Origin: a virus
Taxonomy: Duplodnaviria; Caudoviricetes
Length of the DNA stretch: 64,000 bases
IMG/VR virus record: IMGVR_UViG_3300026121_000002
Span: 1,894 to 65,893 of that record
Strand: one strand, 5' to 3'
The notes under the pieces were generated by a model, which worked only from the letters and a program-made list of their open reading frames with translations, was not told where the DNA came from and searched no databases. Shown in pieces: positions 48,977 to 57,105 of the stretch (its first letter is position 1; each line of letters starts with the position of its first letter). The position numbers and the translations under genes were made by a program.

Positions 48977-49526
48977 ACTGACAGCGACAGCCATTTTGAC
49001 TGCCGTTTCAGTTTTGGCTTTGTTCAGTGCCTGGCGCTGGTGCTACCTGCCCGCAATCAACGCGGCGTTCCGACAGGACCTCTTTGCACTTCGTCGCGAG
49101 CTCTTCCTATATGCCGCCGATGGCAATATCCCATTCAGCTCGCCTGCCTACACGCATCTTCGATACGTACTGAACGGGTCACTCCGCTTCGCGGAGCGGA
49201 TGACTCTTGGCAGAGTCCTCTTCACGATCGCGATGACGCCACAATCTCTGTGCGAAACAGAGAGCGCCGCACTCATCGCTCAGATCGACGACTCCGGCGT
49301 GCGCGCGCGACTTCAGGACCTGCACTCTCGCTTCGGAGAAGTGGTCGGACGTCATATGCTACTTGGATCGCCCCCGCTTGCTTTGGTGATATTTACCGTG
49401 GCCATCGGATTCGTCGCGCTCACCTCACTGAGCCGAGCAAAGAAGGAAGCGGTCGCTCGAATTCAGAGAGTCGCCGAGCGTCTCTCAGAGACTGGTGGTG
49501 GTGGTAGCGCCTGCAACGCGCCATAG
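48966..49526 (+). CDS. moron-type membrane protein
   Basis: Coupled to the previous gene; N- and C-terminal TM; FRQDLFALRRELF. Confidence 0.65.
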   Translation: MEARLTATAILTAVSVLALFSAWRWCYLPAINAAFRQDLFALRRELFLYAADGNIPFSSPAYTHLRYVLNGSLRFAERMTLGRVLFTIAMTPQSLCETESAALIAQIDDSGVRARLQDLHSRFGEVVGRHMLLGSPPLALVIFTVAIGFVALTSLSRAKKEAVARIQRVAERLSETGGGGSACNAP

Positions 49527-49769
49527 AGGCGCGGCCTCACCCACTCCCCGCCTCCACCACCCGCACGACCCACCCCTCAATCCGCCAAACCCCGAAGCTC
49601 GCGCAGTACCCCCCGCCGTCCATCAGCTCGAGCGTGATGCGGCCGGCCGGCGTGATGACGTCGAAGGTGGTGCGCCCGAGTTCGAGGCGGCGGACAGTCC
49701 AGCGTGCGGAGGGGGCGGGCATGCTGGCGGGTATCGGCCTGAGCGAGAAGTCGTTGCTACGGGCAGCTC

Positions 49770-49925
49770 CTACTCCTTGGGCGCATCCCGCGTCGGCGCT
49801 TCCTTCGCTGGCTCCTTCGCTGGCGGTGGAGGCGGCGGCGGAGGGGGTGCCCAGTCGCGAAAGCGCTTGGGATCAGCTGAGTCAGCGCGCTTCCCGCTGC
49901 CGCCGCGGTCTTTCTTGTCGCTCAT
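49770..49925 (-). CDS. small Pro-rich peptide coupled to the SLATT-like gene
   Basis: Manual translation MSDKKDRG...WAPPPPPPPPPAKEPAKE; start overlaps the upstream stop. Confidence 0.5.
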   Translation of the reverse strand: MSDKKDRGGSGKRADSADPKRFRDWAPPPPPPPPPAKEPAKEAPTRDAPKE

Positions 49926-50401
49926 GACAGAACCGCGCCTCGGACGCGCTCGACGACCGGCATGATCTGCCCGATGAGCCGGTCGTCCTCGAAGCGGGCA
50001 CCGCGCACGATGGCCGCGCGGACCCGCTCATCGAGCTTGTCAAAAGCGGCCCGCGCACCCGCTGTCTCGCCTCTCTCGTACTCGGCCCACAGTGCGTCCC
50101 ACCGTGCGCTGATCTCGACCCAGTCTTGGCACAGGCGCTCCGCATCGAGCGCGTCTCGGCGAAAGTCCCACGCGCTGCTGATCGCCGTGAGCGCTACCGC
50201 CAACACGGCCAGTGTCAGCGATGCCGGCCTTCCAGCCGCCTCAGTCGCGAGGTTGAGCGCCGCGGCCGATGCCGCGATGACGCTGCTCGCGCTCAGCCAA
50301 CGGTGACGGCTCACCGCGCGCGCGACGAGCTTCTTGTAGAAGCGCTTGTTCATCTCCGCATCGAGCATGTGATCCCAGATCTCGCGCCGCATCGAGTCCA
50401 T
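49922..50401 (-). CDS. SLATT-like two-TM protein
   Basis: Helix, two TM segments (SSVIAASAAA; LTLAVLAVALTAIS), then a helical tail. Confidence 0.55.
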   Translation of the reverse strand: MDSMRREIWDHMLDAEMNKRFYKKLVARAVSRHRWLSASSVIAASAAALNLATEAAGRPASLTLAVLAVALTAISSAWDFRRDALDAERLCQDWVEISARWDALWAEYERGETAGARAAFDKLDERVRAAIVRGARFEDDRLIGQIMPVVERVRGAVLS

Positions 50402-50787
50402 GCCCGACAAGGTAGTACAGGTCTCTCGGCCGCTGGCGGGTATCAGCGCGAGGGCGGCGGGGTTGCGCGGGTGCAGGCGAGGGCCGACGGTAGTTGGACC
50501 GCCGACCCTCAAGCCACCCGATGAACCCGGGCTCACCTGGTGACCACGATGACGGTACCACTAGCCGGGAGGGGATTCGGGCTCCGAAGACGCACGGTTC
50601 TCGTCCCGCAGGTACTCGCGGTAGAAGTAGGGATCCGCCTCGACGTCCAGGGGAGACTTCCCATGGATCACACGTCGTGATGCCCAACGCGCCAACGGGT
50701 CCACGTACAAGCTCGCGAGAAGGCCGAAGAGCCCTCCGCCCGCGAACAGCGCAGCCATAGTCTCGATGGTTCCTTGACCACTCATCG

Positions 50788-51180
50788 CTACCTCGTGATG
50801 CGGACCTTGCCGGTCGGCGCTTCGACGCAAAAGCGGTGCAGCTTGCGTAGGAACTCCGTCGCGGACTCCCAGTCGCCCCACCCATTCGTCGCGTCGAACC
50901 GTCTGAGGTCACGGCTTGCCGTCACGTCGATGCGGGCCAGCGCGCTCCGGAGCCGAGCGGCGGCCTCCGGCGCGGCGAGCCTGTTGAGCGTGATCAGACC
51001 GTCCGCCGGACCGGCACCCAAGATCGCGTCGCGCGAATCACAGCGCGCGGTGGGGTCGGCGAACTCCGTGCCGTCGAGCGCCCATGCGAAGAAGGCGCCC
51101 ATGTTACTCGTGTAGTTCGCCCAGCGCTGGGACCCCTCGTCGTCGTCTCCCTCGACTTCCACGTAGACATCGAAGCTCAT
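50788..51180 (-). CDS. conserved phage hypothetical protein
   Basis: ANYTSNM...FDATNGWGDWESA pattern. Confidence 0.6.
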   Translation of the reverse strand: MSFDVYVEVEGDDDEGSQRWANYTSNMGAFFAWALDGTEFADPTARCDSRDAILGAGPADGLITLNRLAAPEAAARLRSALARIDVTASRDLRRFDATNGWGDWESATEFLRKLHRFCVEAPTGKVRITR

Positions 51181-51734
51181 GGGTCAGCCACCACCGACGG
51201 GTGCGCTTCTGTCATGGAGCCAGTACACGGCGTGCGGCAGCGCGCGCAGTCCGGCCACGTTGAGCGCATCAGCGAGCGGCAGCATCGGATGAATCACGCA
51301 GTTGTGGATCACGCACTTGACCCACCAGATCGTGGTTCGGTCACTCATCAGGCGCCTCCTCAGGACCTGATCGTCCCACACCTGGCGAGCGTGGGGCAGT
51401 CTCGCTGCGCTTGGCCATCTCGAGGTCGCGCAATACCGCCTCCCAGTCAGCCATCACCAGCTCGCAGTCGCTACGCTGCCGTCGCCGGCGATTAATCGCC
51501 GAGCGCCTGGGCTGCGCACGCAACGAACCACCGAAGTCGAACAGCCGTGCCGCTCCGAAGAGGATGCTCCTGAGCTGTTGCTTGGTCTTCACGCGCGCCC
51601 GACTGCTACTTCACGCGCCGGATGCATGCGGGATGAAAACCGACGACGCGACGACCCCCTGCATCGATCTCCCCGCACACCGCCGACGTGACCACCAGCA
51701 TCTCACTCGTCTTGCTATCCTGGCGATCGCAAAT

Positions 51735-52571
51735 TCACGAGAGCGGGAACACTGCAGGCTTCACTCGTCCGAGACCAACGTGCACCGCGCCGGCGATTGC
51801 TCCTGCCACGGCTTCGCGAAGATTCATGCGGAGAGCGCTGCCGTCGAGAGGCTCTGGCGATTCGAAGTCCCGCGGGCGCGTCGAGTCGACGGAGACGATA
51901 GCGAAGGGCTCGTAGGAGTCGGGGTCGCTTGCGCGTGGAACCGCACTGGGAACTGGAAATGCCCAGACTGAGCGGACATGCCGCATGTGTGAGCTCCAGT
52001 GGAGCGTAGAGTTTGCTCCCCACGTTCGCCATTGCGCCTCCCAAGAAGCGTGACGATCTTGGTCGCTGCCAGGGTAGTCGCTCTGCGCATGGATCTCGCC
52101 ACTATAGATCTCGCGTGCGCTTTCCCAGCACTTGCCGACGAACACTTCGCCACACGAGAACTCCGGGGAGCGAGCGAACCCTTCATCGCCGGGCGACAAC
52201 CATCGCGAAGGATTTGCCGATGTCACGCGGCAGATTGGGTACATGCGCGGCACGCTTTCTTTCGACCGCTTTGACGGCGCGAAAGCCGTCGCGCGAATCG
52301 TCGGCTCGCCACCGATCAGCGGCTCGCCCACCGCCAGATATGAACCAACCAGCGACATCAGCGAGTCCGCCATCGTCTGCTGAAGAAGCGTTCTGCCCTC
52401 AATCCGCGCGGCCAGCCAGTCCGCAGCGCTCGGTGCCCAAGGAGCTAGCGCCGCCACACCGGCCTCCCAAAAACGATGATCACCAGCGTTCAGCAGGACG
52501 ACGCTTCCAGCGGTAGCGCTGCCCAGCGCGACTTCCTTCCACCGCCAGAACCAATTGTCAGTGACTCGCAT
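51735..52571 (-). CDS. membrane protein with GAF-like domain
   Basis: N-terminal hydrophobic segment; FVGKCW...VRSVWAFPV...AIVSVDS GAF pattern. Confidence 0.55.
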   Translation of the reverse strand: MRVTDNWFWRWKEVALGSATAGSVVLLNAGDHRFWEAGVAALAPWAPSAADWLAARIEGRTLLQQTMADSLMSLVGSYLAVGEPLIGGEPTIRATAFAPSKRSKESVPRMYPICRVTSANPSRWLSPGDEGFARSPEFSCGEVFVGKCWESAREIYSGEIHAQSDYPGSDQDRHASWEAQWRTWGANSTLHWSSHMRHVRSVWAFPVPSAVPRASDPDSYEPFAIVSVDSTRPRDFESPEPLDGSALRMNLREAVAGAIAGAVHVGLGRVKPAVFPLS

Positions 52572-53094
52572 CGGGAGACTGATTTACACGCGCCGGATGC
52601 TCTTCGCACGCATCAGAGCCGCATAGAACGGGTTCGCGCGCGGCGCTGGTTGCGGCTTCGGGGCGGTCGTTGGGGTCTCGAGGTTTTGCTCCTGCGCGCC
52701 CTCAGCCGTGCCTTCGTGTCGCGATTCCCGCGACTCGGTGTCCCCATCCCGTTGGTCGTCCTTCGCGTTCGACACGGTCTTCCGTTACTCGATCTGGATC
52801 ACCAAGGCAACCTTGTCGCACACAAAGAGCGCACTCACGGCCAGTCTGCGAACTGCGGGAGAGGGTCCTTCGTCCCGGGCATCAGCTCGCCCCGCGCGCG
52901 CAGGGATTGCCGGTAGAGTTCATCGATGAGGTGCTGATCGGTCTTGCTGTCCGGCGGTGTGAGCCAGGCAGTGCAAAACGGCTGGCGGCCTCAGTGCCCG
53001 ACGGCGAGGAGGACCTGAGCGCGGCTGCGCGCCCTGCCGCCGCCGTTCAAGTTCTCGTCGCGTTCGTCCGAAGCCCTCTTCAAGGGTGGCAACG

Positions 53095-53652
53095 ATGAAG
53101 CGATTGATGTGCGTGGGCTTGCTCGGGCTGGTAGCCGTGGCGTGCGTGGACGAGCTCGCGGAAGGCGCGGGCGAGGTCCTGGTCGATGCAGGGCAGATGC
53201 TGCGTGATGCCGGTGCGGCCCTGGTGGACGCGGGCGACGACGTGGCGCGCGCGCAGGGTGAGGACGCTGGACCCGCAGCCGCGCCGAAGAGCGAGACGGT
53301 CGAGGTCGCGTGCGACAAGCGCTACGAGCGGACGGTGACGACCTACTACGATGCGGTTGGTGACTCGCCAATCGGCGAACCCGAGCATCAGGTCCGTTGG
53401 TATGCCGGGGTCGCGATAGACACGACTGCGATCACCGGCATCGACGTTCTCCTTTGCGACCTCGAGCAGATCGATCGTGTGCCCTGCGATGGCCGTACCG
53501 ACGGCGGGTTGAGGTACGTCTGCGACGGTAACTTCCCAGCGGAGGCGCGCTGTGTCATGGGGACGGCCGAGATCGTAGACGGCGCAGTGAGGGCACCTTG
53601 TGGTTACGCCGGTGCTCACCACAAGTCTGCTCGCTTGACCATACGTCGCTAG
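53095..53652 (+). CDS. putative lipoprotein
   Basis: MKRLMCVGLLGLVAVAC signal peptide with lipobox. Confidence 0.65.
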   Translation: MKRLMCVGLLGLVAVACVDELAEGAGEVLVDAGQMLRDAGAALVDAGDDVARAQGEDAGPAAAPKSETVEVACDKRYERTVTTYYDAVGDSPIGEPEHQVRWYAGVAIDTTAITGIDVLLCDLEQIDRVPCDGRTDGGLRYVCDGNFPAEARCVMGTAEIVDGAVRAPCGYAGAHHKSARLTIRR

Positions 53653-53738
53653 GCCAGCGCTTAGGTGTCGACCGCGCTCAAACGGCACGCCGAAACCGGG
53701 AAGTGCTTCAGCCGATGATGCTCGGAGCGGACCAGATT

Positions 53739-53957
53739 TTCCCCCACCCACTTCCCCCACCCGAGCCGAAACTCCACACCACGCCATAACGAGCCAGCGG
53801 CTTCGGATGTGCGGATTTGCCGCAATAAATAGGGTGTCGCTTGGCGTGGAACGGCATGCCGTTGACATGGCCGCTCATATGGTTGTCTCCAATTCCATTT
53901 TATTTCCGAGCCTTTGATGCGGGGGGTAGGGCGTCTCCCCCACCTTTTCCCCCACCC
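53739..53957. other. putative intact attP
   Basis: Tandem pairs of TTCCCCCACCC-like arm sites (53739, 53752; 53935, 53947) flank an AT-richer core containing the perfect palindrome AACGGCATGCCGTT (53850-53863), at the int 3' end. Confidence 0.7.
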
Positions 53958-55186
53958 GGGGCCTCGGAGCGTAGCTTCTGCTCGAGCCGCGCCGCGAAGT
54001 CGACGATCTCGGCCTGGGGCACGTGGGTGTAGTGCTCGGTCATCTCGACGGTCGCGTGGCCGACGAAGTCCTGCAGCATGCTGCGCTCGGCCTTCTGCCC
54101 GGTGAGGGCACGGGCGGCGAGGTTCTGTCCCTCTACCTGAGCGAGCGTGATCATGGTGTGGCGCATGGCGTGGGTCACACAGCGCCAAAGGACAACCCCC
54201 GTGGCGTCCATGGCGCGTCGGTACGTATCACGCGTGGTCGAGTAGGTGTAGAGACAGTCGGCCCGGCGGCGGTTGGCCGCGTACGGGGCGGGGAAGCACC
54301 ACTCGTCGATGCCGGCGCGACCGAGGTGGACCAGACGCCGGCGGTGGGCCTGCAGGATGCCGAGCCAGGTGGGGCCGACGGCAACCTCGCGGGCTTCGCC
54401 GTTCTTGGGCGTGCCCATCTCGCCCTCGTACTGGGCCCGGCGGATGGTGATCAGGCCGGTGTGCATGTCGATGTCCCGCCAGCGCAGCGCGCTCACCTCG
54501 CCAAAGCGACAGCCGAGCAGGAACTGCACGCCGGCCATAACCTGCACGTCGGGGTTGTCGGCGTAGAGGGCGTCGAGAAAGCGGTTGAGCTCGTCGGCGC
54601 TCATGGTCTTGCGCTTCTTGGGCGCGTCCATCGCGGCGAGCAGTTCGGCGCCCGTCTTGCGCGTCTTGCGGCGCACCGTCTCGAGCGCGACGTTGTCTCG
54701 CACGTAGCCCTGTTCTTTGGCCCACGTGAAAAGCGAGCGCATGGCGACTCGGATCTGGATCGCCGTCACGTCGGACACCTTGGCCTGCGCGATCACACGC
54801 TGGAGCTCCTGCGGCTGGATCTCGTCGAGCGGGCGATCGTCACCGAGGGCGGCGCGGTACTTCTTGAGGTGGGAGCCGTAGGGGACGCGGGTGCCCTTGC
54901 GAAGTGTGGCAAGGAAGGCGTCGCACGCGGGGCCAAGCGCGATGCGATCAGTGATGCGGTTACCGAGCTTCGTCTGCACGGCTTCCTCGAGTCGCCGCGC
55001 TTTCTCGATAAGCGCCTCGGCCTTCGAATCGGCCAGGATGATGGCGGTCGTGTCGACAATGAGCTTGCCACCCTGCTTCTTGCGGAGGGTAGCTTCGTAC
55101 TTGAGCTTGCCCGCCTCGCGGCCGAGAAGCTTCAGGCCGTCACTACTCTTGGGTTTGGCTTTCTTCGACACGGGTACTCCTGTCAT
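53900..55186 (-). CDS. int: tyrosine recombinase (integrase)
   Basis: GCRFGE, PKNG, HAMRH and GHATVEMTEHY give the R-K-H-R-H-Y catalytic set. Confidence 0.95.
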   Translation of the reverse strand: MTGVPVSKKAKPKSSDGLKLLGREAGKLKYEATLRKKQGGKLIVDTTAIILADSKAEALIEKARRLEEAVQTKLGNRITDRIALGPACDAFLATLRKGTRVPYGSHLKKYRAALGDDRPLDEIQPQELQRVIAQAKVSDVTAIQIRVAMRSLFTWAKEQGYVRDNVALETVRRKTRKTGAELLAAMDAPKKRKTMSADELNRFLDALYADNPDVQVMAGVQFLLGCRFGEVSALRWRDIDMHTGLITIRRAQYEGEMGTPKNGEAREVAVGPTWLGILQAHRRRLVHLGRAGIDEWCFPAPYAANRRRADCLYTYSTTRDTYRRAMDATGVVLWRCVTHAMRHTMITLAQVEGQNLAARALTGQKAERSMLQDFVGHATVEMTEHYTHVPQAEIVDFAARLEQKLRSEAPGGGKGGGDALPPASKARK

Positions 55187-55485
55187 CCCACTACGCGCTT
55201 GCAGAACGCGTCGAGCGTCTGCCGCGAGAAGCGATTGCCCTTCATGCCGCCACCGCGCTGCCCGCGATGATCTGGCGTGAGCTTTCCGCGAGCGACGGCC
55301 GTGCGCAGGCTGCTCACCGTCGTCCCCAGGTACGACGCCGCCTGCTCGGTGTCGAGGTAGCCCTCCGGCTGATGCTTCTGTGCGCTGAGCGCCTCGCAGA
55401 CGGCATCCTTGACGAGCGAGTGCAGCTGCTCCTGTGTCAGCGTCACCACCAGCGTGTTCGGTTCCATTTGCTTCGCCGCTCCCAT
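55183..55485 (-). CDS. xis: excisionase-like HTH protein
   Basis: YLDTEQAASYLGTTVSSLRTAVARGKL; coupled to int. Confidence 0.75.
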   Translation of the reverse strand: MGAAKQMEPNTLVVTLTQEQLHSLVKDAVCEALSAQKHQPEGYLDTEQAASYLGTTVSSLRTAVARGKLTPDHRGQRGGGMKGNRFSRQTLDAFCKRVVG

Positions 55486-55525
55486 CGTTCCCTCCCCATC
55501 ACTTCAAGCCCAGTTCCCCCACGCC

Positions 55526-56187
55526 TGCCGCGCCCGGTCTTGCCGAACCTCACCGTGCCTCGCCGGCCGTGCCAGACCTCGCCATGCTCGGGCTAGCCGC
55601 GCCACGCCCTGCCTGCCGTGCCCTGCGATGCGTAGCCCAGGCTTGCGTTGCTGCGCCTGCGCAGCCGTGCCCTTCGAGGCCCAGCGCTGCCCCGCGATGT
55701 CCGTGCCTGCCGTGCCGCGCCGTGCCGCGCCTAGCCGTGCCCGACCGTGCCAGACCACTCCGAGCCTGCCTTGCCTTGCGCTTGCATGCCCAGCCCCGCC
55801 GGCCGAGCCGGACCTCGCCTCGCCTAGCGAGGCGATACCTGCCCCGCCCCGTTCGACCCAGCCTTGCCGGGCCGCGCCTAGCGCTGCCTGCTCGGCCAAG
55901 CCGTGCCCCGCCATGTCTTTCCCTGCGGTGCCTAGCGCCGCCTGCCTGGTCTCGCCCAACCTACCCACGTCTTGCCTCGCCTTGCCGTGCCTGCCGCGCC
56001 CATCAGTGCTCTGTCGGTCCGAACCTCGCGCCACCTAGCCTGCCGATCCGAGCCCTGCCGCGCCTAGCGATGCCGTGCACTTCCTCGCCTGCCCCGCCCC
56101 GCCGAGCCATGCCGTGCCCGGCCGAGCCCTGCCTAGCGTTGCCAGCGGTACCCAGCCGAGCCTTGTCGAGCCTCACGCTGCCCTGCC
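55526..56187 (-). ncRNA. GGY-NN pentamer array of 14 units, putative guide-RNA array of a RAMP-associated system
   Basis: The minus strand parses into about 121 pentamers, each a near-constant triplet (mostly GGC/GGT) plus a variable dinucleotide. The run is broken every 6-11 pentamers by a 4-nt step, mostly GGCA. RNA status is inferred. Confidence 0.8.
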
Positions 56188-56193
56188 CGCCCA

Positions 56194-57105
56194 TCAGCCC
56201 GTGGCCCGCAGCGCCGCGAGTACCTCCCCGCGATCAACGGCGTGCGCTCGAGCAGCGCGTTCCGCCGCGGTGAACCTGTCCATGCCGGCGCGCTCGTACT
56301 CGCGGGCGAGCTCGACGGTTGCGAGGAGCCGACTATCCGCGGCGCGGTCGACGGCATCCGGCTTCACGAGTCGATCGAACTGTTCGAACACAGGCCGCAG
56401 CTCGATAAGGTGCGCGTAACGTCGGCGGACTACCGCGAGCTCGGCCAGCGCCTGGTGAAGCAACTGCTGCGCGCCGTGCTGGTCGATCTTGATGGTCATG
56501 CTGCTCGCACGATGGCGGACCGCCGGCACATCGGGCTGCGTGGCGTCTTCGTCGTCGTCCTCGTCGTCCTCGTCATCCTCGTCATCCTCGTCGTCGAGGT
56601 CGCCGTGCTCGTCGAAGCCATCACCATCGTCATCATCGCCGTCGTCGGGCTCCGGAGCCGGCGCGGGCTTCGGCGCGGGTGCTGGAGCGGGCGTGGCAAC
56701 CGCAAACAGAGGTTCCATGTGCTGTCGCGCCTCACTCCGAAGTCGCTCTCCCTCATCTTGAAGCCTGTCGAGGTCAAGAGGTTCAGAAGTTCGGGACGCC
56801 GCCGGCTTCAGCCACGGGCAGTTCGTCTCGCGGCCGTACTCGATCGACGCCGACTGCACGAGCGCGCGGATGGTGCGCGGCTTGTCGTCCTCGCGCGGCA
56901 GGATGCGTACACGTACCTTGCAGATGAGCCGGTCGGCCTGCTCGATTCGGTAGGCTTGTGCGGCCAGCGCATCATCCCAGCTGAAGAACCCATGCAGCGC
57001 GCTGCCCGGGTTTCGCGCGACCTCGAGGACGTGCACGGGTGCGAGCTTGCCGTCGCGGTCGAGCTCGCCGAGCTCGTCAATGGCGGACTGACTGAGATCT
57101 GGCAT
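56194..57105 (-). CDS. RAMP-associated accessory protein with long acidic insertion
   Basis: GKLAPVHVLEVARNPGSALHGFFSWDD..AA..YR N-domain, poly-D/E linker, ALAEL...RRYAHL.EL C-domain; coupled to the RAMP gene. Confidence 0.75.
   Translation of the reverse strand: MPDLSQSAIDELGELDRDGKLAPVHVLEVARNPGSALHGFFSWDDALAAQAYRIEQADRLICKVRVRILPREDDKPRTIRALVQSASIEYGRETNCPWLKPAASRTSEPLDLDRLQDEGERLRSEARQHMEPLFAVATPAPAPAPKPAPAPEPDDGDDDDGDGFDEHGDLDDEDDEDDEDDEDDDEDATQPDVPAVRHRASSMTIKIDQHGAQQLLHQALAELAVVRRRYAHLIELRPVFEQFDRLVKPDAVDRAADSRLLATVELAREYERAGMDRFTAAERAARAHAVDRGEVLAALRATG

Noticed and set aside
53830-53900. tRNA-Val(GAC) fragment around TTGACAT
   Set aside because: An anticodon-loop-like heptamer is present, but no convincing anticodon stem, D-arm or T-arm (GTTCG) could be built.
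55526-56187. Canonical CRISPR array or simple microsatellite
   Set aside because: There are no identical 25-45-bp repeats with intervening spacers, and the pentamers vary systematically at two positions instead of being identical copies.
55409-56273. ORFs 55409-56038, 55434-56273, 55504-56034 and 56003-56194 read as Pro/Cys/Arg- or Gly/Ala/Arg-rich repeat proteins
   Set aside because: The periodicity is 5 nt with 4-nt steps, not a multiple of 3. ORFs are open on both strands only because the GC-rich pattern rarely forms stops.
56540-56650. (TCG/TCC/TCA) trinucleotide-type repeat as a separate DNA element
   Set aside because: It is explained by the poly-Asp/Glu tract of the 56194-57105 protein.
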